The translations under genes and the position numbers were made by a program. Of a stretch of 60,203 nucleotides of DNA, positions 51,165 through 60,202 are shown one piece after another. The notes beneath the pieces were generated by a model. That model was not told the origin of the DNA and did no database searches. It saw only the letters and a list, made by a program, of their open reading frames with translations. The stretch comes from an uncultured Clostridia bacterium (lineage in GTDB: Bacteria > Bacillota > Clostridia > Christensenellales > UBA1242). Every line of letters starts with the position of its first letter. The first letter of the stretch is position 1. The stretch is taken from contig CALVMU010000005.1 in NCBI GenBank assembly GCA_944348085.1, positions 1-60,203 of the forward strand, read 5' to 3'.

Positions 51165-51335
51165 TTTTGTTTTTGTCCTTCCCCAAAGTTTTCAATCTCC
51201 ACTTGCAACCACAGAGCCTTTGATGGCAAGACCCTTTCATTGCAGAAAAATTTTGTTTTGGCTTTCTGCAACTTCTTTGGCAACGGCAAGTAAATCTGCT
51301 TTGAGTGCAAATTTGTCTTCAATGACGGAAGTGAT
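51165..51335 (-). promoter_or_regulatory. Structured rpsB 5' leader (probable S2 autoregulatory RNA)
   Basis: ~170-nt leader with stems CTTCC/GGAAG, ACTTGC/GCAAGT, TTGCAGAAA/TTTCTGCAA; TTGACA...TATAAT promoter just upstream. Confidence 0.55.
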
Positions 51336-51474
51336 TATATCAAACCGCAAAAAAATTGTCAAGCGTTTATAAAGATATATTTTAAATAAATAATTAATTA
51401 ATTTTTTAATGCTATTTTTTCAGCGTAAAATAAAGCTAGAAAAATAAAAAAAGAGGAAATATTCCCCTTTTTAT

Positions 51475-52542
51475 TTAAATAAGTTTTCTGTTTTTCTTGA
51501 CTGGTTTGTAAACCATGCCATAAAAACCGTTTAAAATAAATTGTGCGCTGAAATAGTTTACCAAAACCGCAAGCAAAAGTGAAAGTCCTGTAAAGAGCAT
51601 CGTTGATGAGCTTGAGAAAGCCATGATAAGAATTGCAAGAATGAAGAGAATAAGATATAGATAGAAATTGAATTTTATGTTTGACTTTGTGACTTCATTT
51701 GCAACTACTGAAACCTTATTTTTATCAACCGCACCGCCTGCCGTCATCTCCTTCGACTTGCTGTAGAACACGATAAGGTTTATCACGCTCATAAAGAAAG
51801 TGAAGGCAAAAACGCCGATTGTTGCAAGGTTTATTGGCACTCTTGTGATAGCAAGCAAAGCAAGCAAAAGCACCATATCATGCATAATTGTAAAGAAGCC
51901 TGTCACAAAAGCCGCCCGCTCATATCTGCAAACAAGATAGATGATTGCAAACAAAATGCTGACAATAAGTGCGATAATTGCGCTGTAAACGATTGTCATG
52001 TTGTTATTGTAAGACGATAAAATTTTTGCGTCAGTCACCCCTTCAACGACAACTGCTTCTCCACTGGAATAGCCAAAAGCCTGCATGAGTGCAGTTTTGA
52101 TTTGTTGATTTTGAAGTTGTTGTTCTTCTTCTGAAAGTGAGCGATCGTTATAGAAACTTATCTCGAGTGCTTTTGCGCCTAAAATGTTTTGGTCAGTAAT
52201 GTTGATGGTTGTTTTTTCAATTGAATAAGCGCTTGTGCCATTTGAAGCGAGCGCGTCAGAAATAACTTTGACAGCTCCGTCATAGCCCTCTGCCGTGTCG
52301 ATGTCAAAGCTTGAAATGTTGTCGCCTGTTGTGTAGCCTTCTGCATTTGTATAAACAGTTATTGTGCTAAGGCTTGCTAGGTCTGAGCCAAGGTTGAAAC
52401 CTAAGAAACCGCACATAAATGCACCAATGATTATGAGTGCAAGTGAGACGATTGCAAAAAATTTAAAGTTTTTGAAAAAGTTGAAATTGCTTTTTTCAAT
52501 TGCTCTGTCAAACTTTTGATTGATTGAAATTTTCTTAGCCAT
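51475..52542 (-). CDS. secF: SecF-like protein, divergent
   Basis: GFNLGSD after TM1, 5 further TMs, HD motif, downstream of secD. Confidence 0.75.
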   Translation of the reverse strand: MAKKISINQKFDRAIEKSNFNFFKNFKFFAIVSLALIIIGAFMCGFLGFNLGSDLASLSTITVYTNAEGYTTGDNISSFDIDTAEGYDGAVKVISDALASNGTSAYSIEKTTINITDQNILGAKALEISFYNDRSLSEEEQQLQNQQIKTALMQAFGYSSGEAVVVEGVTDAKILSSYNNNMTIVYSAIIALIVSILFAIIYLVCRYERAAFVTGFFTIMHDMVLLLALLAITRVPINLATIGVFAFTFFMSVINLIVFYSKSKEMTAGGAVDKNKVSVVANEVTKSNIKFNFYLYLILFILAILIMAFSSSSTMLFTGLSLLLAVLVNYFSAQFILNGFYGMVYKPVKKNRKLI

Positions 52543-53938
52543 TGTTATCTCCTCCTTTTAAGGAGTCAGCTTTGTCCTCAGGAATAATCTCCACCTCTTC
52601 CTTGATTTCTTTGACATTAGCCTCGCGATAGAGCCTCATTTTTTGAGGTTTTGTGCTGTTAAGTGGAAGATAAGTATTTACGAAAAATCTGAAAAGCACA
52701 TAGAGGCAGAACATTGAAACAATGCTTGCAATAAACATCACACCTCCAAAATATGAGAGAGCAAATTGTCCTATCAAAAGCATTACAACAGAAGTTACAA
52801 GCACGATGATATGCAGGTCAAAGATGCGCCAGAAAGAGCGACGGAAACCATTTTTGCATGAAACATGAATGCGGTTGCCAAGAGCATATTCCTTGCCAAT
52901 TCTTTCCATGATTAAAACGGCAGAAAGAGCAAACAAAAGCACAGACATAAACATTGCTACAGCTCCGCCCATGTCAAGCATCACAAATGGAATTGCTTGC
53001 ATGAAGAAAAGTTGAAGAGTCACAAAGAAAACCATTGCAAAAGATGCAAGAAGACCAAGGTCGCCATAACGAACAGCAAAGAAAATCATGATTGCAACGA
53101 TAAACACAAGAAAAGCAATCAAAGTAAGCATCCAAGCGTTGTCGCCAAGTCTTGGTGAAATTGCTGTAAGCGAGTTTTGGGTTAAGTTTACGCCAAAAGT
53201 TCCAACAAAAATGTTGCTGGCTGTTTGATATGCAGTTGAATAAGCTGAATTTGTGTTTGAAGCAGATGAAGACTGAATAAACATGCCATCTCTTAAGTCG
53301 CTTACCGAAATTGTTCCCCAAGCAGTTGAACCAATCTCGCCAACATAGATATAGACAGTGTCAGTGCCGATATTGTTTGCTTGAGTGATCAAATTTTGAA
53401 GGCTTATTTTGCCAAGACCAGTAAGAGAAATGTTGATGCCATAGACACCTGCACTTTGGTCATAGCCAACTTGTGCAAATGAGATGTCAGAACTGCCCAA
53501 ATAACTTTCAGGGTTTGTGTTTCCGCCCTCTTCTTCTGAATATTCTTCAACTGTGAAATAAATTTGTTGAGGGCTTTCAAGAAGGCCTAAAATGGTTGAA
53601 GAATACTCATCGTCAAGCACTTCAATTTTGATTTGGTCATCGCCCTGTTTTGCAATCGTGTATTCAGAAAAGCCGTGATATGAGAGAAATCTATCAAGCT
53701 TTGGCAGAGTTTGGTCTATTGTTTCAGAAACTGTCAAGTCGCTTGATGAAGACTTTTCGCTGTTATAGACAACAGAATATCCACTTGAGAAATCAAGCCC
53801 AAGTGGAATTGAACCAATAAAACCGTTATAGTTTGTTGTTGTGCCAGGAATAGTAAAAGAACATACAGTCAAAAGCACCAAAACAAGTGCAATGATTGAC
53901 AAGATGACAAATCGAGTTATAGATCGTTTTTTAACCAT
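52535..53938 (-). CDS. secD: SecD-like protein, divergent
   Basis: IPLGLDFSSG, ISPRLG, ERI..E, GF...F..IFD. Confidence 0.8.
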   Translation of the reverse strand: MVKKRSITRFVILSIIALVLVLLTVCSFTIPGTTTNYNGFIGSIPLGLDFSSGYSVVYNSEKSSSSDLTVSETIDQTLPKLDRFLSYHGFSEYTIAKQGDDQIKIEVLDDEYSSTILGLLESPQQIYFTVEEYSEEEGGNTNPESYLGSSDISFAQVGYDQSAGVYGINISLTGLGKISLQNLITQANNIGTDTVYIYVGEIGSTAWGTISVSDLRDGMFIQSSSASNTNSAYSTAYQTASNIFVGTFGVNLTQNSLTAISPRLGDNAWMLTLIAFLVFIVAIMIFFAVRYGDLGLLASFAMVFFVTLQLFFMQAIPFVMLDMGGAVAMFMSVLLFALSAVLIMERIGKEYALGNRIHVSCKNGFRRSFWRIFDLHIIVLVTSVVMLLIGQFALSYFGGVMFIASIVSMFCLYVLFRFFVNTYLPLNSTKPQKMRLYREANVKEIKEEVEIIPEDKADSLKGGDNNG

Positions 53939-54028
53939 GTAAGTCCCCTTTTTAAATTGAAAGCAAATTGTGCATTTACTTTTTAATTATATAAGAACTT
54001 ACCTTGTCATGTCAATTGATTTTGACTT

Positions 54029-54445
54029 TTAGTTTGTAGATTTTTTCAAATTTACGCAAATAATTCCGCAAATTGCTCCCATTACAGCGCCAAAGAGAAT
54101 GTCAGTAAGAAAAGTAAGGTCAAAGGCAAACACTCCACCAAGGATTGAGAAGATGACAAAGGCAACGATTGTGTAGATAAAACCTATCAAAAGTCCGCTA
54201 ACAAGCCCAAGTTCTTTGCTTTTTCGAAGCCCAACAAAAACGCCTATAAGGATTGAAAGACCTTTGATCACTTGATTGACAGGCTTGATTGTGCTTTCAG
54301 GAATGTTTGTAAACTTAAGCAAAAACGCAAAAAGCAGAACCAGCACAAGCGAAACGCAAACAGCCACAAGCGCACCTTTCGCAACAGAGAAAACAAAGGC
54401 ATTTTTCGGCATTTTTATCGAACTTTTTTTTGCTTTCAATTTCAT
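54029..54445 (-). CDS. TIGR04086-family membrane protein
   Basis: 4 TM; GLVSGLLIGFIY; clostridial position after yajC. Confidence 0.75.
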   Translation of the reverse strand: MKLKAKKSSIKMPKNAFVFSVAKGALVAVCVSLVLVLLFAFLLKFTNIPESTIKPVNQVIKGLSILIGVFVGLRKSKELGLVSGLLIGFIYTIVAFVIFSILGGVFAFDLTFLTDILFGAVMGAICGIICVNLKKSTN

Positions 54446-54487
54446 GATTGACTCCTTTTGAAAAAAATATACTCTTTTTTCTAGAGT

Positions 54488-54517
54488 ATGTTATGTTTAG
54501 AGAATAAAAAAAATGAC
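54488..54517 (-). promoter_or_regulatory. Putative sigmaE-type (mother cell) promoter
   Basis: GTCATT...CATAACAT with sigmaE-like spacing. Confidence 0.5.
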
Positions 54518-54529
54518 AGTGAACACTTA

Positions 54530-55294
54530 TCACTGCCATTCAAGTTTTTCATAACTACCATTCTTTATTGAATCCATCACGATGTCAGGCGCAAGAAAAT
54601 ATTCCAGCAAGCTGAAAACTGTTTTAGAAAGAACTGGCAAATCTGCTTTCAACCTGTCATAATCAATGTGAGAAAGCATTTTAAAGTTAAAAAGATTTTT
54701 GTATAACTTCTCATCCATAACAAAGCCATGAGAGCCGTCAAACACTTTGCGCTCTCCATGGAATTTGAAAACGCAAATTGAATGAAGATAGCCTTTTGCG
54801 CCTTGCAAAGTTTCTTCTTGACGATTGTAAAATCCTGTTTGGATTTGAGGCTTAAATTCAGAAAGTTTATTCGTAAACAAATAAGCCGCCAGATGACATC
54901 GTTGATTTTTGACATAGATGCTTGGGTCTATAAGCTTTTTTGGGTCAGCAAAAAGCCCCTCTCCAAATTCACAAGAAAGAAGATGTTGACATTTTTGATG
55001 ATTAAGGCTTACATTTACTGGATTTTTTATCAGTCTCAGCCTATCAAACTGAGTTAAAGCATCAGATGGAATCATTTTGATTGAAGATTTTTTCAAAATT
55101 GGACTTTTTAAATCAATTGAATTTATAGATTTCAAAAATCTGACAATTTCATATTTTAAAGAAGGCACATCTTGCTCTTCATATTCTTCTGTAAGTTTTG
55201 GTTCAAGCTCATTTCTTTCGTCTAAAAAAGCTCGCACATCAGAAATTGTGCAATTTGTCAAATCAATGTCGTTTGTGTTTTCGTCGTAAAACAT
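54530..55294 (-). CDS. Orphan protein with a possible transglutaminase/papain-like Cys-His-Asp triad
   Basis: RCH.AA...TG...LHS...VFD; own TTGACA-17-TAAAAT promoter. Confidence 0.55.
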   Translation of the reverse strand: MFYDENTNDIDLTNCTISDVRAFLDERNELEPKLTEEYEEQDVPSLKYEIVRFLKSINSIDLKSPILKKSSIKMIPSDALTQFDRLRLIKNPVNVSLNHQKCQHLLSCEFGEGLFADPKKLIDPSIYVKNQRCHLAAYLFTNKLSEFKPQIQTGFYNRQEETLQGAKGYLHSICVFKFHGERKVFDGSHGFVMDEKLYKNLFNFKMLSHIDYDRLKADLPVLSKTVFSLLEYFLAPDIVMDSIKNGSYEKLEWQ

Positions 55295-55366
55295 ATTTTT
55301 TCCTCAAGTGTTATTTTAAGCAACTTGCGCCCTTTTGTCAAGATAGAATCAAACAAAAAGGAAAGC

Positions 55367-55894
55367 TTATTTGCTTTCCTCTTTTTTCTCTTTAGCTTTT
55401 TCTTCTTTTTTCTTAGGCTCTATCTTTTTTGCTTCGCTCTTTTTGACCTTAGGTTCTTCCTTTTTCTCATCAACTTTAGCCTCAACAGCCTTTACCTCGT
55501 CTGTTTTAGCCTCAGTCTTAACCTCAGCAGTCTCAGCCTTTTCAGCTTTTTTGACATCTTTTTTGCTTACCTTTTTTTCTTCCTTCTTTTGATCGATAGG
55601 CTCAAGATTGCTGTTTAAAATTGCATAAATTGCGTAAGCATCAATTGCCATATACCCCTTGTTTTTGCCAGAGCCAGTTTCAAGAGTCACAATTTTTCTC
55701 TCACCTTCTTGAACAAGATCAACAATCGTTCCGACAACGCCACTTGTTGTCATAACTTTGTCGCCACGCTTGAGAGAATTTGTTTGCTCGTCAAGTTTTT
55801 GTCTTTCCTTTTTGTTTCTTGAGGTTGTTAAAATTGGATAAGCAATCACGAGAAGCACGATAACGACAATTAAGATAATTTGAGAAACATCCAT
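55367..55894 (-). CDS. yajC: Preprotein translocase subunit YajC with K/E-rich tail
   Basis: N-terminal TM; LKRGDKVMTTSGVVGTI. Confidence 0.92.
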   Translation of the reverse strand: MDVSQIILIVVIVLLVIAYPILTTSRNKKERQKLDEQTNSLKRGDKVMTTSGVVGTIVDLVQEGERKIVTLETGSGKNKGYMAIDAYAIYAILNSNLEPIDQKKEEKKVSKKDVKKAEKAETAEVKTEAKTDEVKAVEAKVDEKKEEPKVKKSEAKKIEPKKKEEKAKEKKEESK

Positions 55895-55904
55895 AAAAAT
55901 CCTC

Positions 55905-55976
55905 CTATTTCATAAACACGAAAATAAACATAAACACAACGAATATAACAAGTAATGCTAGAAAAACACCATTCAT
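55905..55976 (-). CDS. 23-aa single-TM peptide MNGVFLALLVIFVVFMFIFVFMK (not in the ORF track)
   Basis: AAGGAGG RBS; TTGAAA-16-TATAAT promoter; its TAG stop overlaps the yajC RBS (TAGGAGG). Confidence 0.7.
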   Translation of the reverse strand: MNGVFLALLVIFVVFMFIFVFMK

Positions 55977-56030
55977 AATCGTTTCCTCCTTAGTTTAGCA
56001 TAATTATATTCATTTTGCAAACAATTTCAA

Positions 56031-57770
56031 CTAGATTTTTTTAGAATTTATTTCATTTTTCAGTCTTTCGATAAAATCTTGCAAAATTAGACCTGATTTA
56101 TTTTCGTTTCCACGGCCTCTGATTGAGATTGTTTTGTTTTGTTCTTCTTCATCGCCAACAATGATAAGATATGGAACTTTCATAGAAAGAGCCTCTCTTA
56201 TTTTGTAGCCAATTTTTTCATTTCTTGTGTCAACTTCTGCTCTAAAGCCAAGGTCAAAAAGTTGATTTCTTATTTGCTCGGCATAGTCATTGTTGCGTTC
56301 AGTCAGCGCAAGCACTCTCACTTGCTCAGGCGCAAGCCAAAGAGGAAATGCTCCTGCAAAATGTTCAATAAGAACGCCCATCATTCGCTCGATTGAACCA
56401 TAGATAACTCGGTGTATCATGATTGGTCTATGTTTTTCGCCGTCATCGCCTGTGTATTCAAGGTCAAAGCGTTGTGGAAGTTGGAAGTCGAGCTGAATTG
56501 TTCCACATTGCCAAGTTCTGCCAATTGCATCAGTCAAGTGGAAGTCAATTTTTGGGCCATAGAAGGCTCCGTCACCCTCATTGATGACATAATCTTTGCC
56601 AATTTCGTCAAGCGCGTCTTTAAGACCTTGAGTTGCAACTTCCCAATCCTCATCAGAACCGATGCTGTTTTCAGGACGAGTTGAAAGCTCAACATGATAG
56701 TTGAAATTGAAAACGCTGTAAACCTCGTCAATAAGAGCAACAACATTTTTGATTTCATCTTTGATTTGGGCTGGTGTCATAAAGATGTGTGCATCGTCTT
56801 GAGTGAAGGAGCGAACGCGCAAAAGTCCGCCAAGCTCGCCAGACTTTTCATGTCTGTGCACAAGACCAAGCTCGCCAAGTCTGAGTGGAAGGTCGCGATA
56901 TGAGTGAGGCTCACTCTTATAAACCAAAACTCCGCCTGGGCAGTTCATAGGTTTGATGGCAAAGTCTGTTTCATCAATCACTGTTGTATACATGTTTGCT
57001 TTATAGTGATCCCAGTGTCCAGAAGTCTCCCAAAGATGACGAGAAAGCATGATTGGTGTTTGAATTTCTTTATAACCAGCCTTTCTATGAATTTCACGCC
57101 AATAGTCTGTCAAAATGTTTTTGACAATCATTCCGTTTGGAAGATAGAAAGGAAAGCCAGGCCCTTCTGGTGAAATCATAAAGAGTTTAAGCTCTCGTCC
57201 AAGCTTGCGGTGGTCTCTTTTCTTTGCCTCTTCAAGCATTGCGATATGGTCAGCAAGTTCTTTCTTTGTTTTGAAAGCATAGCAATAAACGCGTTGAAGC
57301 ATTTTGTTTTTCTCGTCTCCTCTCCAGTATGCGCCGTTTACGCTGTGAATTTTAAATCCATAGTTTTGAAGTCTTCTTGTGCTGTCCACATGAGGTCCGC
57401 GACAAAGGTCAAAGAAGTCGTCACCTGTGTAATAGATTGAAACCTCTTCGCCGTCAGGAAGTTCGTTAATAATCTCAGTTTTATATTCGTTTCCAGCAAA
57501 AAGTTTGAGAGCTTTTTCTTTTGAAACAACTTCTCTTCTAAACTCTTCCCCTCTGTTTATAATCTCTTGCATTTTCTTTTCAATAGCTTTAAATTCGTCA
57601 GGTGTGATTGAATGGTCGAGGTCGATATCATAATAAAATCCGTCTTCGATTGCAGGCCCTATTGTCAGTTTTGTGCTTGGATAAAGCTGAACAAGTGCTT
57701 TTGCCAGCACATGAGCAAGAGAGTGTCTTGCTTTTTCAAGTTCTTTGTCTTCCATTTTTTTAATTTCCAT
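56031..57770 (-). CDS. thrS: Threonyl-tRNA synthetase (lacking the TGS domain)
   Basis: RHSLAH, DLCRGPH, RDHRKLG, KPMNCP, RVRSFTQDDAH. Confidence 0.98.
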   Translation of the reverse strand: MEIKKMEDKELEKARHSLAHVLAKALVQLYPSTKLTIGPAIEDGFYYDIDLDHSITPDEFKAIEKKMQEIINRGEEFRREVVSKEKALKLFAGNEYKTEIINELPDGEEVSIYYTGDDFFDLCRGPHVDSTRRLQNYGFKIHSVNGAYWRGDEKNKMLQRVYCYAFKTKKELADHIAMLEEAKKRDHRKLGRELKLFMISPEGPGFPFYLPNGMIVKNILTDYWREIHRKAGYKEIQTPIMLSRHLWETSGHWDHYKANMYTTVIDETDFAIKPMNCPGGVLVYKSEPHSYRDLPLRLGELGLVHRHEKSGELGGLLRVRSFTQDDAHIFMTPAQIKDEIKNVVALIDEVYSVFNFNYHVELSTRPENSIGSDEDWEVATQGLKDALDEIGKDYVINEGDGAFYGPKIDFHLTDAIGRTWQCGTIQLDFQLPQRFDLEYTGDDGEKHRPIMIHRVIYGSIERMMGVLIEHFAGAFPLWLAPEQVRVLALTERNNDYAEQIRNQLFDLGFRAEVDTRNEKIGYKIREALSMKVPYLIIVGDEEEQNKTISIRGRGNENKSGLILQDFIERLKNEINSKKI

Positions 57771-57796
57771 GTTTTCCTCCTTTCTTGACGCTTAAA

Positions 57797-57990
57797 ATAA
57801 AAAAGCGCCCTTAAAAACTTAAGGACGATTTGTAAAATCAAACCGCGGTTCCACCTTAATTGCAAAATGCCACTCGAGTTTTGTTCTTATCATCACAAAA
57901 AGTGGTTTCGTTTTTCATCTAGCTTAGGTTTTTCACCGACCAACCTTTCTCTGTGCGCATCAAATCAAACTACTTGTCTTTCTGCTCCAA
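57797..57990 (-). promoter_or_regulatory. Thr T-box riboswitch
   Basis: AGTA, AGAGA and GGTGAAA stem-I motifs; specifier GAA-ACC (Thr); AAGGTGGAACCGCG T-box; terminator hairpin plus U-run. Confidence 0.92.
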
Positions 57991-58081
57991 GTTTCATCTT
58001 TATTATATTCTCAAAAACAATCAAAGTCAATCGTTTTTGTCAATTTTTTTGAAAATATTGTTCTGAAATTTAAAGAAAAAT

Positions 58082-58843
58082 TTAGATTTTGCCAAGATGT
58101 TTTATTATGCTATGTTTTTTATCGGTTATGCGCTCTTCAAAAAGCCTATGCAAAAGATTGATTGCCTGGCTGTCTTCATCAAAATATAGGTTTATCTTTT
58201 GAGGCGAAAGGTCAATAATGGAAGAGACCAAACTTTCTTCAGAGAAAACCCTGTTTTGATATAGTTTGTCTGACACCAAAATTTGATAGCTCAAATCTTC
58301 ACTCTGATAAATTGAAATTTCTTCTTCACAAATTTCAAGGTTATCAACTAAAAATTTCAAAAGGTCGATAAAGCTTTCGGTAGAGGTCAGATATTCACGA
58401 TTTTCATTAGCAAGTGTGACAAGCTCTGCCCATTTGGCTTTTAGCGTAGACAGCTTGAACTGATAAAAACTTTCCAAAAACAAATCTTTTTCAAGCTTAA
58501 GCGCCTTTCGCACAAGATAGCGGTCAGTTTCTTTATCAAAATTGAGAAGTGCCTTTTTAAACGCATTCATGCCTAGTGGGTCTTGAGTTGGCAAAAAAAG
58601 ATTGCTGTCTAAAAAGCTTGACTTAAAAACAGTGCAGATGACCTCAATTATACAATTTGTCAGATAGGATTGCGTTTTTTCTTTGTCCTGTTCTTTGACG
58701 GCGATAAGAATTGAAATGTAGCCACCTTCTTCCACCGAGGTGACAACGCCATGCCATTTTGCACAAACGGCAGAAATGTTGTTGTGAATAAACTTTGCAA
58801 GTTCAAAGTTTTCAGTTTTAAGATTGAGCGAAAATTCCCACAT
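58082..58843 (-). CDS. ytxC: Putative sporulation protein YtxC
   Basis: Upstream of thrS; F..FKL..LK..W, EY...FIDLLKFLV, LSPQKI, FEERI; sigmaE-like CATAGAAT upstream. Confidence 0.8.
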   Translation of the reverse strand: MWEFSLNLKTENFELAKFIHNNISAVCAKWHGVVTSVEEGGYISILIAVKEQDKEKTQSYLTNCIIEVICTVFKSSFLDSNLFLPTQDPLGMNAFKKALLNFDKETDRYLVRKALKLEKDLFLESFYQFKLSTLKAKWAELVTLANENREYLTSTESFIDLLKFLVDNLEICEEEISIYQSEDLSYQILVSDKLYQNRVFSEESLVSSIIDLSPQKINLYFDEDSQAINLLHRLFEERITDKKHSIIKHLGKI

Positions 58844-58955
58844 AGTAACCCCTTTCAAAACATATTCTATGCAAGGAAAGAAAAAATACTCAAAAAAAAG
58901 TTAGTTTTGCCGTAAATAATTTGACAAAAAAAACAAAATAATCAATAATAGAAGT

Positions 58956-59750
58956 ATGAAAAAAAGTGAAAGAACGAAAAAAGGATTGAAAGTTTTGTTT
59001 AGCGCGCTTATTTTTGCGCCTATGATTTTTCTTGCCTCTTGCGGTATAACGCAGTATTACACCATCACAACAATTTCATCAAGCGAAGCAACAATTGGTC
59101 AAGCCTCTGGTGGAAGCGATGTGGCAAAAGCAGAAGGCACAGCTGTCACTTTGACTGCAACAGAGCTGGCACCTGAGACCAATCCTTTTATTTGCTGGAT
59201 AAAAGACAACAGCAAAATTGTTTCTTTTGAAAGAGTTTATTCAACAACCTATTCGGCTGAGACTGAAGGCAACTATACAGCCCTTTTTGAAAAATCTCGC
59301 CTTAGCGCCATGAGATATGCAACGATCACCGACATAACTGTTACAGACCAAAATGGCGCAAACATAAACGGAAACATTCAAATTCAATATGCCTACTCAA
59401 CCTCATCATCGGTTTGGCACTCACTTGAAAACCTTGCGCTTGAAAATGGCAGCGCAGAGACAGACAAAACAAACCTAGTTTATTTCGGAAGCGCCAGCGG
59501 ACAAAGCACCCAATCTGTTTTTATCTTTAATGCGATTTTGGAGCAGGCTGCAGGACAATCAACCACAACATATACCGTTGCTTTTAACAACCGCCTTATT
59601 GATGCAACACCTGGCGAAAATCAAGTCACTTTCAACGAAAATGGACAGTGCACTTTGACAGCATCTGCAAGCAACAATTCGGGCGGAACAATAACAATTT
59701 CAATCACACTTTCAAAAATAAATTCTGCGCTATATCAAACTGAAGCTTAA
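58956..59750 (+). CDS. Putative lipoprotein with an InlB B-repeat-like beta domain
   Basis: Signal peptide with lipobox LASC; GTAVTLTAT...F.CW...YTALFE; TTGACA-17-AATAAT-6-ATG. Confidence 0.7.
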   Translation: MKKSERTKKGLKVLFSALIFAPMIFLASCGITQYYTITTISSSEATIGQASGGSDVAKAEGTAVTLTATELAPETNPFICWIKDNSKIVSFERVYSTTYSAETEGNYTALFEKSRLSAMRYATITDITVTDQNGANINGNIQIQYAYSTSSSVWHSLENLALENGSAETDKTNLVYFGSASGQSTQSVFIFNAILEQAAGQSTTTYTVAFNNRLIDATPGENQVTFNENGQCTLTASASNNSGGTITISITLSKINSALYQTEA

Positions 59751-59818
59751 TTAAAAATTGGCATATTTTAAAAAATGAAATTGACAAAACGCCGACACTT
59801 AATTTTCTCTTTGAGCAT

Positions 59819-59853
59819 AAAAAAAGAAGACAGCATTCTGTCTTCTTTTTTTT
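59819..59853. terminator. Bidirectional intrinsic terminator
   Basis: AAAAAAAGAAGACAG-CATT-CTGTCTTCTTTTTTT. Confidence 0.85.
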
Positions 59854-59867
59854 GGTTGAAAACTAGC

Positions 59868-59999
59868 TTATTTGCAGTTTTTTGCTTCTGATGAAGATCT
59901 TGAACTGCTCGACTTAGCCTCAGTTGCGCCTTCTACATTTTTTCTAGAAGCTTTTGCGCTCTTAGAAGACTTGTTCATTTTGGAATTCTTACCAAACAT
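59868..59999 (-). CDS. 43-aa S/K/A-rich small protein ending NCK (not in the ORF track)
   Basis: MFGKNSKMNKSSKSAKASRKNVEGATEAKSSSSRSSSEAKNCK; AGGAGGTG RBS; terminator directly downstream. Confidence 0.8.
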   Translation of the reverse strand: MFGKNSKMNKSSKSAKASRKNVEGATEAKSSSSRSSSEAKNCK

Positions 60000-60047
60000 A
60001 GTTTTCACCTCCTGTTTATTCAAGGACTTGTTTCATCCTTGTAGTTC

Positions 60048-60077
60048 TAGTTTGCCCCTGAGTGCTTTAAAATATAC
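60048..60077 (-). promoter_or_regulatory. Putative sigmaG/sigmaF forespore promoter
   Basis: GTATA-18 bp-CAAACTA (also readable as GTATA...GGCAAACTA). Confidence 0.6.
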
Positions 60078-60128
60078 ATGATTATATAAGAAAATATGGA
60101 AAAAGCACAAAAAAATAAAGAAGCGTTT

Positions 60129-60202
60129 GATGTTGTTTGATTAAAACGGACAACAAATAAAAAAGAGAGAACATGTTAGATTTTGTAGTCTAATATGTTC
60201 TT
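60129..60202 (-). repeat. Right copy of the 74-bp inverted repeat
   Basis: Exact reverse complement of 1..74. Confidence 0.95.
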
